Part shown: one piece after another, positions 1 through 12,737 of the stretch
Position numbering within the stretch: the stretch's first letter is position 1
How the letters are laid out: the number at the start of each line of letters is the position of its first letter
Assembly: GCA_020184695.1 (NCBI GenBank)
Contig: JAANOX010000251.1
Span: 101,463 to 165,462 of the forward strand
DNA: 64,000 bases
DNA from: Histomonas meleagridis 2922-C6/04-290x
Taxonomy: Eukaryota; Protista; Parabasalia
Direction: 5' to 3'
Program-made: the position numbers and the translations under genes
Notes under the pieces: model-generated
The model's input: only the letters and a program-made list of their open reading frames with translations
Told to the model about the DNA's origin: nothing
The model's database searches: none

Positions 1-1100
1 AGTTGCTTATGATTTGGTACTTCAGGGAAATAAACATATGCAAATGTATTTTGATCAGAATTGATTCTTTTATGTTTTGAAAGTTCGAATAATATTTCCT
101 TTCCCATTGCTGTTGAAAACATTATTTTTTCGCATAAAACATATTCGAGAAACAGAACAATCATTTTGAAACTCAGAAAATCACTTCACATACTGAAAAG
201 CCATACAGTTGTTTGCAAAATTGAATTAAACCGTAAAAATCAAGAGGCTAATTTTGGAACGTAAACTTTTTTGACATTCATCTACTTTTTGACAAATTTA
301 CATTATCTGGGTTCTATCACCACAATAAACGTTTTTTAAAAGTCAAAACTGGTAGAAACCTTGTAAAATTGTCAAAAAAACAGATATGATCAAAGTAAGG
401 ACAGTGCCAATTGCATTTTCCATTATATATTTATATTTGAAAATATTTCAAATAAACATGTTATGTTAAAAATGCATTTTCAAATATAGAAACCAATTGG
501 TTCTTATTAATAAGAAGATATAAATTTTAATGAACAATCAAAAGGATATCCCTTCAATCTCGATGTAATTTCCCAGAATTGGTAGGTTCATGTATTTGAA
601 GTGGTTTAACATCGAAACATCCTAAACGTCTTTGTAAATAAAAAATACATCGAATAAATAATTATAAAATTTCATAAAAACTCAAACCCCCAAAATTTTA
701 TTTAAGCTTTCTTATTTGCTATGTTTACCTTTTTATTGAAAAAATAATTTTACTAAAAATTACAAAATATTTACAATTAAAAAAGGTTTGATTCATAACC
801 CTTAAACAGCATGACAACCTTTGGATATAACATTGTAATTTCCCATATATAAATAAATTTTATCATCAATCAGCAATTTTTTTTAAGAATTATCTCCTTT
901 TCGCTATGGATGAATATAAAGAATGTATTATTTTTTGGTAATTATGTTTATTTTGTTTCATGTGATAAAACATGTGTGTAATATTTTTCTCATGGAAATA
1001 ATGTTTGTATAAATATTTAAATGTTACGATACATAAAAACTAAATAAAAATAATCACAAAAAACCATTTTTCAAAAGAGAATTTAAAGAAGAAAAAAGAG

Positions 1101-3650
1101 ATGTTTAAAGGAAATAAAACATTCACGCAAGGAAAAAAAGTAACAATAGAAAAAAAAGAAATTCAAGAAAGTACAATAGGATACCAAAAAAAGCCTATTT
1201 GGGTTGGACCTAATGACAAAATTTATGATAAATTTTATTCCTATATTCCCTTCATTACAACTCAAAGAAATGCAAGAAATTCTGTAAAGAAAAATATGAT
1301 ATTGTTTCCATCACCTCAAAGTTATGAAAATTTTCAACTTTATTCCACTTCTCTTATAAATTGGTATTATGAATTTAGATATGTTCAATTTTCATCTCTT
1401 GTTCTTCCTATTCCAATTTCTGGTGAATACTATTTTCCACAGAAACCAACGATATTAAGTAAAAAAGAAATGCATATATGTTCAAGGTTAAGAAGTAGTA
1501 GAACTGATATATTTCCTATTTCTCCAATAAATTATCTTAAATTAATTGATGTTTTATTACGCAATGATACTATAAACCCAGATGAACCACTTCCAGAAAA
1601 AGAAAGGAAAACAGAACTTTTTAATAAAGAATTTTTAACATCAAATCCACAATGGCAAGATCAAATGATACTTCATGAACCTTATCCATTTATTTATAAA
1701 GATTTCAATGAATACGAAAAAGCATATTTAAATTGGACGAAAATAGTGAATGAATCAATTCGAACAAAAATGATTCCACCAAAAGATTTTCAAAAAATAC
1801 TTTCATTAGATATTGAACCAAGAATAGAACAAACTAATGTTCCATGCTCTCAAGATCAATCAAAGATAAATTCTTTGAATTTAAGTGAGTGGAAAAATGT
1901 AAAAAAACCAAATATGAAAACAATAAAATTATTTGATAAAAATATAAATGATGAATATATTGAACAAAAAATAGATGATGCTTTTGTAAAAGAGATGATA
2001 TTATATGGATATGAAATAGATTCATTAAAAGAATTTAAGCCATATCACGTAACACATTTTCATGTTACAAATATAAAACATAGCAAAATCCAAATTCCTT
2101 CTGGAAAAATTAATAATATGTTCTTCCTTAATTTACTTAAATATGATTATTCACGTAGAAGACTTAATGAACTAATGAATACAAAATTAGAGAATAATGT
2201 GAAATTTAATGAAATTCTTTATAATTATTTATTCGATGTATCAATGCTTAAGAAAATTATGTTATTAGGAGACAAAAACATAGATTTCCAAAGAAGAATA
2301 TCTTTCTTCCTCAGATCTTTTATAAATAATATTAAGAATATAAATTTATTCGAAAAACTTATTAAAGAACTTCAAAAAAATAATGTGCTATATGATTTTG
2401 TAAATTGTTTAATGTTTTCTGTTGATCCTAATTTTTATTTATATCAAACTGAAGAAAACATTGAAATTGATAAAGAAATTAATTTCTTTTATATTATGAA
2501 TGTTTTGATTCAATATGTAATTCGAATGAATAATATAAATATATATAATTATCTTCTTAATTTTCTCCGTAAAACATCAGATGATTTAAAGAAAAAAATA
2601 CAAAATAGTGAAGTACTTCAATATATTCGGTATAAAAACAAAATTGCTTTGATAATGTTGTTTCTATGTGATTCATCTCAAATTCATAAATCAATTTTGG
2701 GTAAAGATTCATTATCTTTTATCAATGAATTATCGAAAGATAAAAAATATTCCAAAATTGTTTCAATAATTTTACATAATCATATTATTTCAACAGTATC
2801 TTCAGTTATCATCAATAATTTTAATGACTTAATTCAACAAAAATTATTAGATGATCTTACACAAGATACAACACGTTTTCTTCAATATGTTATTGACTAC
2901 ATAAATTATAAATATACTACGAATCAATTAAAACTTGGTTTTCCCGTTTTATCACGCGGTTTAGAATTAATATCAATTAATATATTAAAAAATTCATATC
3001 CTCTTTATAAATCATTATTTATGTTGATTTGTAATCAAGATATTATTACTAATATAAACTTTGATGAAAGTACTTTATCAAAAGCAACTCTTGCAATATG
3101 TTCTATTGATACCAAAGATACATTGATATTTTTAGATCATATAAAAGTATATAATTATATGATTAAAAATAATATTTGTTGTAGTGCACTTTCTCAGCAT
3201 AATCCATTTTTGGAAATCATTGCACAACGTATTAATGATCAAAATTCCAGAATATGTCAACAGTTTTGGGATATTTTTAAAAAATTATTAAATGATATTG
3301 AGATTTTTTCAAATATAATGTCTTCACTTAAGGTTCAAAATTGTTTAAAGTCAATTCCATGTAGTGAAAATATATTAGCAATAGAAAATTTATTAATCCT
3401 TTATATATCTATATTAAGTGAAAACAATTCTACTAAAAGAAAAATAACCTTAAAAATATTAATTTCATCTTCTGGTTCTCTTGCAATGCTTTACAAATCA
3501 AGAGAAGAAATATTTAAATTATATCCAAAATTACAAAAATTGATTATTGAGTTCATGAAACTTGTGTTCAAATCAAAAGGATCTCATAGTTCTGACCTTC
3601 AAAACGCTTTTACGAAACATATTAAAGATTCAAAGAATTTAAATCTTTGA
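1101..3650 (+). CDS. Hypothetical 849-aa protein with a helical C-terminal half
   Basis: Long intact ORF in AT-rich DNA; no recognisable motif. Confidence 0.8.
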   Translation: MFKGNKTFTQGKKVTIEKKEIQESTIGYQKKPIWVGPNDKIYDKFYSYIPFITTQRNARNSVKKNMILFPSPQSYENFQLYSTSLINWYYEFRYVQFSSLVLPIPISGEYYFPQKPTILSKKEMHICSRLRSSRTDIFPISPINYLKLIDVLLRNDTINPDEPLPEKERKTELFNKEFLTSNPQWQDQMILHEPYPFIYKDFNEYEKAYLNWTKIVNESIRTKMIPPKDFQKILSLDIEPRIEQTNVPCSQDQSKINSLNLSEWKNVKKPNMKTIKLFDKNINDEYIEQKIDDAFVKEMILYGYEIDSLKEFKPYHVTHFHVTNIKHSKIQIPSGKINNMFFLNLLKYDYSRRRLNELMNTKLENNVKFNEILYNYLFDVSMLKKIMLLGDKNIDFQRRISFFLRSFINNIKNINLFEKLIKELQKNNVLYDFVNCLMFSVDPNFYLYQTEENIEIDKEINFFYIMNVLIQYVIRMNNINIYNYLLNFLRKTSDDLKKKIQNSEVLQYIRYKNKIALIMLFLCDSSQIHKSILGKDSLSFINELSKDKKYSKIVSIILHNHIISTVSSVIINNFNDLIQQKLLDDLTQDTTRFLQYVIDYINYKYTTNQLKLGFPVLSRGLELISINILKNSYPLYKSLFMLICNQDIITNINFDESTLSKATLAICSIDTKDTLIFLDHIKVYNYMIKNNICCSALSQHNPFLEIIAQRINDQNSRICQQFWDIFKKLLNDIEIFSNIMSSLKVQNCLKSIPCSENILAIENLLILYISILSENNSTKRKITLKILISSSGSLAMLYKSREEIFKLYPKLQKLIIEFMKLVFKSKGSHSSDLQNAFTKHIKDSKNLNL

Positions 3651-4379
3651 AATAAAAACTTAATTTTTTTTATCTCTTTTTATATAAATTTTTCAATTTT
3701 TTTTCTTTGTTTTGTTATAAATTACATGTAATTTTTGTTTGATGTTTTCAAATGGATAACCAAAAAAAAAGCTTTGGATAGAAATTTCAGGTCTATAGAC
3801 AATTTTTTCGGAATCCAATACATTGGATAAAGTGCATTCGTCAAAAGAGCATAGAGGACAGCAGTCAACAAACCCAAACAAGTTGTAATTTGTCACTCCC
3901 TGCAATATTTATGATAAAATTGACTTCCACACAACTGGCCATTTTTGTCATTTTTAAAAAGAATTACTCGTTGTTTTTTTGTTGATAGCTTTTTTCTTGT
4001 ATCCAGCAGCATTTCAGAAGCGTATTATATGTCTAAGCATATCTATATATCCAAAAAAATAACAAATATATTTTCTCCATAAATCAACGAATATTAATGA
4101 TTTTTTTTCATTTAGATTTGTAATTTATTTGAACACTTTCACAAACATTTATCATCATTGGTATTCTTAAACTATTCCAAGTTTTTAATAAGGTTAATAC
4201 AAGTTTTATCAGTGTTTCATTTATTTGCATTTTCAATAGAAACAAAGCAACAACAAATATTATACTTTTATAAAACAAATACTTTAAAATTTTTATAACA
4301 TTTCGCAGAGTTCGTATTTGACTGCTTGTATTCATTATTTAGACAGAAGCTCGTTTTAATACAAAATGGCATTGAAATC

Positions 4380-5279
4380 AATTTAATATCTTAGAATTTC
4401 ATAAAGTTGATAATGATTAGACACAAACCTTAATCAGGAATTATTAATCAGAAATGTGATACACAATGATTTAGGAGAATTAAAATATGTAAAAAATTAA
4501 ATTGCATTAATATATACAAGCAAACTTAATTTAAGAAAACTAACGAAATTTAGATCTAAATATAAACAGTAATCATTAAACAAAAGTAACAACAATCGGA
4601 AATTATACATCTTCTCAATGCATAAAATTAGCAACAGTTATCATCGAAGAAAATGTAAAAACAATTGAAACTTTATCGTTTTCTGATGTAATGATTTAGC
4701 ATTTGTTCATTTTACATGTTATAAGTCACCAACTGACACAAGTTATAATCACCATCAGATTTATGTATCAAAATGTTCATTTGTTGAAAAGTGTTCTCAA
4801 TATGTCTCGTCAAGACATAAATTTAGTGAATCAAATGCATTTACTGAATCATTACGATTTGGCGTAAAATATATTCAAAACAGTTATTTCCAAAAATATT
4901 TTCACAAATATTATTACTCTTTCAATGTTTAAATCATTTTATTCTTATGTTGAAACGAAATTTGTTTATTATTTTTATATCATTCTTGAATATTCATCAT
5001 ATGTTACATATTATTCTGCTTTTTATACAATTCTTCAAAATGAAGATAAAGCAAACGAGAAATTCTTATTATTGTATTTGTTATTATTATAATATTTCAC
5101 TTCTTATTACCTTTTTAATTCGTTATCTTCAAATTAAACGAAATCGTATTTTAAGTTATCAAGAAAATGCAAACGCAGTCAACAACAATATTAATATTAA
5201 TACAGAAAATGATATTAATTTCTATCATATTGAATCGGAACTATTTGCTAAATATTTTGAAGAAAACAATTTTATATGA
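4380..5279 (+). pseudogene. Degraded BspA-like LRR surface protein remnant
   Basis: Fragments translate as VIIEENVKTIETLSFSD (TpLRR-like), KFSESNAFTES (stalk-like) and a hydrophobic ILIIVFVIIIIF stretch, with many stops and frameshifts. Ends are approximate. Confidence 0.5.
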
Positions 5280-5766
5280 AAATTTAAAGTTTCTATTGGA
5301 TTTACTATAATACACGTAGGATAAATTAAATTTTTCATAATTTTATAATTTTTATTGTTTGATGTAAATGTGCAAATGTTTCACCTTATAAAATATTTTA
5401 AATACCTCAAAAAATAGAAAAAATACAAAAAGTGCCGATAACTCATTCTGCATTGATAATCTGAATTTTAATTCCATATTAAAATTGTAAAGTTAATATT
5501 AACCATAGTTGTTCTCAGAAAAATATTTTGGATATAAAAATTATATTTACAAATTGTTAAACTTGTTTACTATAAAATTGATTGGATAAATTGAGTATGC
5601 GATAAGATTTCATTATTATAAAACTGAGCGCTGTTGCAGTCTGATTCCTCAGTTTACTTTCGTTTGATGGCTTCTTCCGCATCTTTTTATGTAAAACAAA
5701 TTTCTTTTCACAACGAACAAAGATTAACAAAAACAGAAAAACATTTTATTACCACATTTCAACATA

Positions 5767-7493
5767 TTAACTATCCTCAAATCCATTGGTCCCATCTTCC
5801 TTTATCAAACTATTAAATTCATTGTCCACTTCTTCGTGATTTCCTCCCGTAGTTGATGACGTATTATTATTTACATTTGACAACGATTTTGTTTTCGTTG
5901 TTTGTTTCTTATTTCTCTTCAACATAAATATTACGATTCCGACAATTATCAAAACTATCACAATAGCGCCGCATATAATACCAATTAACAATTCATTTGA
6001 TATCAAATTATCTTTTGGTGTAACATCAGTGACAACTAATGTATAAAATCAGAATAATAACTATAATAAGACGAATAATATATAACAGTGTAATCGTAAT
6101 AAATGACATTTGTCGATATATAACTATAAGTGGATTCAAATGTTAACAATGAAATTGTATTTATGTATTTACTATAAAATGTAATCGAAAGTGTAATAGA
6201 TAATGACTGAGTTAAAGTGAACGAATGTGTTAAAGATAAAGTTACATCAGATGAATAAGCAACTGATGCAGTGAACGTGTTCGACTTAGTGAATGTATCA
6301 CTTTGTGTGAATGTGAATGTGCATGTTGGCGGGAGACATTCGTCAAGTGTTGTTCCCTTAGTAATATTCATATTTCCAAATGTTTCATTTTGATATGTTT
6401 CTATTGTCATAACTGTTGTTGTATTTATATTAACAAATGCATCATTTTGGATTTCTGGTGAAATTTCTCCATTAAAATGAATACATTGAAGTGATGTACA
6501 ATTAGTAAATGCACATGAATTAATATATTGAACATTTTCACCAATAAAAATTCTTTCTAAATTATTACAACTTGCAAAAGCATAATTCATAATAGAAATG
6601 ACTGAATTCGGAATTGTAAATGTTTTACTTTTCATATTCGGATAACTAATAATTTTTGTAATTTCTTTATTATATAAAACGCCATCGTTTTCATAATTCG
6701 AATATCCAATATTTTCTTCTGAAACATTAATAAATTGAAGTTTCGTACATTCTAAAAATGCATTTCCAATTGAAGTAACAGAACTTGGTATATAAATATT
6801 CACAAGGTTTGTACATCCTCTGAATGCATCAGCTCCAATATTTCGGACGCCTTCATATAAAGTTATCGTTTCAAGTCCTATACATTTATAAAATGCATTA
6901 TCACCAATGCTATTACAACGAATTGTAATATTATTTAATGAAATACATTCTGCAAATGCACCACCTCCAATTGAACTCATTAATTTATCTGGAAATTGGA
7001 CATATTCTAATTGTTTACATGATGCAAATGCTCCACTATTTATATTTCCAACTGTTTCTCCAATTATTACTGTTGTTAATAAAGGCCATTCTCTGAATGC
7101 ATCACTTTCAAGCTCGCCAACATTAATAATTATAATGCGTTCTGTAACATTCATATAATCATTTGAATAATCAATGAAATCAGATATTGTGAGTGTTTTT
7201 GTCTCTTCGTCATATGATTGCTTTGTATTAACAAAAAATATAATCAATAAAATCGGAATAACTTCGTTTTTTTGATGAATGCTTTTCTGATTAAAATAAA
7301 TTATGGAATAGAAAGTAAAAACAAAAAATATAAATACGAACAAATTTATGTTTGCATTTACCGAAGTAATTAATGCATTAAATATCTTTGGTAGATTTTT
7401 AAGAATATTATTGTTGAAATTCATTGAAAAATAACATTTAAGACTTTCATTAAAATGATATCTATTATGTAAGATATGAAAGATTACAGTCAT
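5767..7493 (-). CDS. BspA-like (TpLRR) type I membrane protein, frameshifted near 6040
   Basis: Repeats such as IYIPSSVTSIGNAFLECTKL and IPNSVISIMNYAFASCNNL; Thr/Ser stalk TFTQSDTFTKSNTF; TM LLIGIICGAIVIVLIIVGIVIFML-KRNKK and acidic tail in ORF 5767-6006. True start uncertain. Confidence 0.85.
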
Positions 7494-8273
7494 TTTAGGA
7501 TAAAAATATGAAATTACTAATTTTGGAGGAATGATGTGCCAAAAGCTTATTGCATTGTTATCAAGATAATTGTTGAATGAAACCCATTGTGAAAAATGAT
7601 TTATGTTGTTTGCTGTTTGAATATTTTGTGAAAATATTTGACTCTTTATGTGTTTAATCTGATCAATGCAATGTTATCAGTATTTGCTTTCGTTATGCAC
7701 ATATAATGTATGCTTTCGTTATGCACATGCAAGTTCGTTGTTTAATTTTCTGTGAGAGAATTAAAATAATATTTATTACGAATAAAAACATTGTTGCTGA
7801 TATTTACGAAGAGGATGAAAGTGCCAATGTGAATTAATAATACTATTATCGATTGAAAATATCCATCATATTTCATCGATTTGGTATATGCGTTTACAAT
7901 ATTGGGATTGGATTCGGCTTTTCCAAATAACCTCAAATTTTTCATTATTCATGTGTGTAACAACTGTTGTTCAATGTGAAATGTGAGTTTTCATCGAAAT
8001 TTTTTTGGATGTCAAGACAAGCACACGAAGCATTAGGTGACATGAGAAGATTTCATAAATGAATTGACTTGCTCACAAGTGAGGACTTGACATTTGAATG
8101 GAATTTAAGGGAAAACGACGAATACAACCAACTTTTTATGAAAATGTCATTCAACTTTTGTGTGCTCATGTCAAAATCGTATCAAAACCGTTTTCTGACA
8201 ATACGCTTAAAAAGTTTACAAAAAGCCAATTCAGAACGCAGCGACCGTTATGCACCAAATCACATTAATAATA

Positions 8274-11200
8274 TTACTGTTTATAAATTCCTAAATGTTT
8301 TTGGATCATAGATATCCTATATTCATTAAACCCAAATCTTTGAAAGTCCATTATTGACGCGTTCACAATGAACTGTGCCAAGAAGTCCATATCTTGCTTG
8401 TCCGTAGCTCTAATTACGTAATCATCAGACGCGAAGAAACCCGCTGCGAACTCGAACATATTTTCGGCGTTAAATTTCATTGGCCATTTTTCACAAGCGA
8501 ATCTCAAAAACTTTGCGATGAATTTGACATTAATGCAATTTGATGTAGTATTTAATAATTGCAAAATATTATCGAATTCATTTTCTTGTGGTTGTAATTG
8601 ATATATCATAACTATAGAACACCATAACATTACAGCAGAATCGATCATACCGTTTGGGTAATGAGATTCATTATTAATAACTTCATTTAACGATTCATTA
8701 ATTACTTGTAAATATTGAACAATTAAATTCGGCTCAACATTTAACAAATAATTTATAGAGTCAAATGAACATGATCTATTATCAGTATACGAAGATTTAA
8801 TCATTAAAATGTTTTGTGTTAATGCAACTTCAAATAAATTATTTTTATATTCGGGAAATATCGTTAAAAGAAATGAAATTGTTCTAAACGAAGGACCTTT
8901 ACAATATTTACTTTTGGTATTCGCAATGTTTAATACTAACGCCAATATTGTTTCGACATATTGTTTCCCATCATAACCAATCTCAAGGAAAAATCGCATT
9001 ATTGACGTCATTAAAGGTGTAACTATATAACGATTGAGTAAATTCTTTTTTTTGGACTCTTTATAAAATTGATTTTCTAACTTAAGTCCAATAACAATTT
9101 GTTCAACAATAATATTTCCACATTGAAGTAAAAGTTGTTTGTTGGAATTATATATGATTAATACCATTGTATTCCATATATCTATAAGTTCTTCTGTTGA
9201 TTCGACTTCATTGATTTGACTTAAAAAGATTTGTATTAATTCAGTCGAATCAATGTTCGCTTTATTAAACCCGGAAATTACTTCGGAAAATGAACGAATT
9301 GCATAATTTTTGATTTCTTCATTTGTTATCGATACTTGCAAAAGGTTTTTAATTGCTAAATATTGTTATGCAAATTGATCAATATAATAATTAAAGATCG
9401 TTGTTATAGTTAATAATATTTGACCTTTCATTTCAGTATAAATTGCTAAAACTTTCAAATATTCATTGTATTGTTCATTATCATCTAAATCTTTTCCTTC
9501 TGAGAAATCTGGTGTTTCTTCATTAAATAATTGGATATAACGACTTAAAAATTGATTAATAAATGGCGATATTGTTATTGTATAATTTTCGATTAATATT
9601 TGTAATGACGTCGAACATTTTAATATTAAATTATGATTATTAGGATTTGATAATCCTTTAAATATGATTGTACATAATGATTCTAAATCATTACGTAATA
9701 ATAATGGATTACTATGTGCAAAGGAACAATATGTTTGGATTGAAACTGCATATGATGATTCACCCATTTTAATCAGTTGTGACAAATATGGTTGAATCGC
9801 TTGATAATATTGTGGTTGAATATCAGATATGGTTAAAACGATTTGTGCTATTAATTGACACAATATTTCGATGTGATATGGATCACTTGATGATTTAAAT
9901 TGTTCATAGATAATTGACAGGGTCTGTTCGATATTTTTCGGTTCTTTTGATGAATTATCATAAAGATTTGTTAATGTTGTTATTGCATTATCAGAGATAG
10001 GTATAACTTGTAATAAAAATCCTTCAAATATATCTATGATTTGTGCTGATAATGATTCATCAGTTGATATAAATTTGTCAATTAATTGACATGATTTATC
10101 AATTAAGACTTTATTCCCTGATACTAATGATTTACCCAAGTTGTTCAAAAATATCAAAAATATCTAACACTTCTGCTTCAATTGAAACAAATATAGAATC
10201 AATAATCATAATAAAAACTAAATATGAAAATGGATCGTTGGAGTTCGTTAACATTTCAATGATTGGCACAAAAAGTGAAATAACCGTTTCTTCATCAAGC
10301 TCGTTTGAAACAAGCTCAAAGAAATTGGTTGGCGCTTCATATTCATTAGTTTCAGGTGATTCTCGACATAAAACAAGAGAAAATTCAGTGAAATGTTTGA
10401 TATAATCTTCAATGTTTCCTGCAAGTAACGAGACATCATATTCAGCATATTCAAAAATTGTAAAGGCAGAAATACGAATCATAGGATCTAATTGATTATT
10501 AAGCAAAAGAGGAATAGTGACTTGGAATAAATCAACTAAAAATGTATGAACAAATTCTGGGAAACATTTAATACTTCGACATATCAGACGGAAGAATATA
10601 GATATTTCATTTGGGTTTTGATTGACATTAAATAGATATTGGAAACGCTTATGAATTCCTTCTGAAATAAAAGATAATTGATCAAAAAATTGTTTGGCTA
10701 AATCTGGAAATCTAAAAATGTAATCAAAAATTTATATACGTTATTTATTGTATCTGTTGTATCTGCTGACAAAAGTTGAGCTGCAACAGGTAATACTTTA
10801 ATAAAGAAATCTGGAATTGTAATAAATATTTCTTCATATAATGGAAGTAAAAGAGACGCTAAAAAGAAGCCGGTGCCTATTGTATTTTGGTTTTGGAAAA
10901 ATGTATTCATTAAATCGAAAAATGGTCGTGGTGATAATTTAATATGACTTTCAATAAGTAGTGCTGCTTGACAAATGTTTTCACGATAATTTGGAGTTTG
11001 AATTGTACAAGCAATTTGGAAATATTTTGGTTAAATAAGTGCCAATTTTTCTTTATCTGCTTCAAGAAAGTGGTTCTTAGTCCAAATGTAAATGAAATTT
11101 GTAGCATATAATTGTATGCTTTCTTCCTTAATATTTTCAACTATTGATATCAAAGGATAAATTAAATCAAGACTTGATAAAATTTGACTAAACTGTTCAG

Positions 11201-11282
11201 AAGCATTTTGTGCAAGAGCAGGGTTTGAATTATCTCTCATTTGTGCCCATAACTGTAAAATTTGATTGCATGAGTTCTCCAT
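8274..11282 (-). pseudogene. Importin-beta/karyopherin-like HEAT-repeat gene broken by 2 in-frame TAA (11031-33, 9366-68) and 2 frameshifts (~10705, ~10150)
   Basis: Collinear minus-strand fragments give ~1000 aa of HEAT-like helices with an IBN_N-like N-terminus. Both frameshifts lie in T runs. Confidence 0.6.
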
Positions 11283-11649
11283 TAAAATTTGGTGAAGTCA
11301 AAAACCGAAAATTGTATTCAATTTATTTGTGGCCGAAGAAACAAAACACTTGAATATCTCTATTTTCATTGCATTTCAGACAGCAATTATTAATAACAAC
11401 ATGTTATTTTAAGCTAATGCACATACATTTGATTACAAAAGAAAATTTGTATATTAAATATCAATTGAAAATTCTATTTTTACTTTTAACTTATGTTCAT
11501 CACATTTTTTATGTTATTAAAACAAATACACTCACATATTCATATTTGAAAATTGAAAAGAATTTTTGGAATTTCTTTCATACTTTTATGTATTTGTGTT
11601 CAAGCGCTGTTGTAATGAGAGTTTACATGTTTTTGAATTGACCCTAAGA

Positions 11650-11870
11650 TTTCATTAAAACCTTTTTCTTTCGCGATGAATGATTTTCTTTTTGTTCATA
11701 TAAATGAATTATCTCTAAGTTCCCGCCTGCAACTGCATATTTGCCTGTTTTGTTTACATTTTCTCCATTCATAAATATTTAAAACATTTAATTGAAGAAA
11801 TAAAGCAACTTCATTTACTTGTTCGATTCCAATTCGTTTAATTTTATAAATCACCATCATTAGTATGAAT
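11650..11870 (-). pseudogene. Fragment of a DUF3447-type gene
   Basis: Translates in pieces as SSIKCFKY..MNGENVNKTGKYAVAGGNLEIIHLYEQ, matching the paralogs at 15.6, 23.3 and 34.6 kb. Confidence 0.6.
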
Positions 11871-11906
11871 CATTGTCCACACTTCTTCAAAAAAAGTCAA
11901 AATTGA

Positions 11907-12453
11907 ATGCCCACGAAAAAGCGCCCTCAAGAAATCCTCCTTTTTTTTTCTTGGCGATCATTCCTCAGGAAAAACTCTATTGATTTACAGGTATGTTTAT
12001 GGTGAAGTCCCAAGTTTTGTTCCAGAGTTTTTTAATAGCTATAGGGGGTTTATCAAAATCAATAATTCTGTGTATTCATTTACTCCATGGGATACCGATG
12101 GTATCGATTATTTCATAGAAAATTATCTGTTTTCTATTTCAAACACAGATATTATTATGCTTTGTTTTTCAATTGTTGACAAGTTATCTTTTGATAATAT
12201 TCAAACAAAATGGTATCCAGCAATCAAAAAGGCTTCTCAGAAGCCAGAAATTCGGCTAATTGGGACAAAATCAGATTTAAAAAAATCCATATCACCTGCT
12301 CAATGCATTCATAAAGATGAAGCAGTAAATTTGGCTAAAGAAATTAATGCGTTTGATTATGTTGAATGTTCATCTTTTTTAAATGATGGTGTAATGCAGG
12401 TTTTTGATTTAGCATTTAGAAAGGCTGTACAAAATATAAATAAAAAAAGATAA
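11907..12453 (+). CDS. Divergent Rho/Rac-like small GTPase (frameshift in the T9 run at 11941-49)
   Basis: MPTKKRPQEILLF(F)LGDHSSGKT P-loop joins the ORF containing WDTDG, IMLCFSIVDKLSFDNIQTKWYP, LIGTKSDL and YVECSS. Confidence 0.8.
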
Positions 12454-12737
12454 AATGAATTTAATGTTATATATGTTTAAAAAAGTTATTGATTTGAATA
12501 ATGATTTTTGTTTTATAATGTTTTTAAAAAACCAAATATTTAGCATGAAAGAAAAAGAAGAATTCAAAATTTCTTTATAATATATATATATATAACATAT
12601 AAATTTTAAAAAATTAAATATTTCATTTTTATTAAAGAGAAGCTTCTATGATTAATGAATAACATGATGCTTTAGAAAGCATATGAAATCAAATAAGTAA
12701 ATCATGAAACACTCACACGCATAAAATTTCAACATTT

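Noticed and set aside
3693-4335. Cys-containing minus-strand fragments (CCPLC) as a transposase remnant
   Set aside because: Too short and decayed to assign.
7685-7728. 18-bp direct repeat TGCTTTCGTTATGCACAT x2
   Set aside because: Only two copies; a local duplication with no further structure.
8274-11282. TAA reassigned to an amino acid (two in-frame TAA in the karyopherin-like gene, one in the Tc1 ORF)
   Set aside because: Intact genes here end in TAA (19016, 28467, 45823, 47582, 61508) and long ORFs have no internal TAA, so nonsense mutation in decayed genes is simpler.
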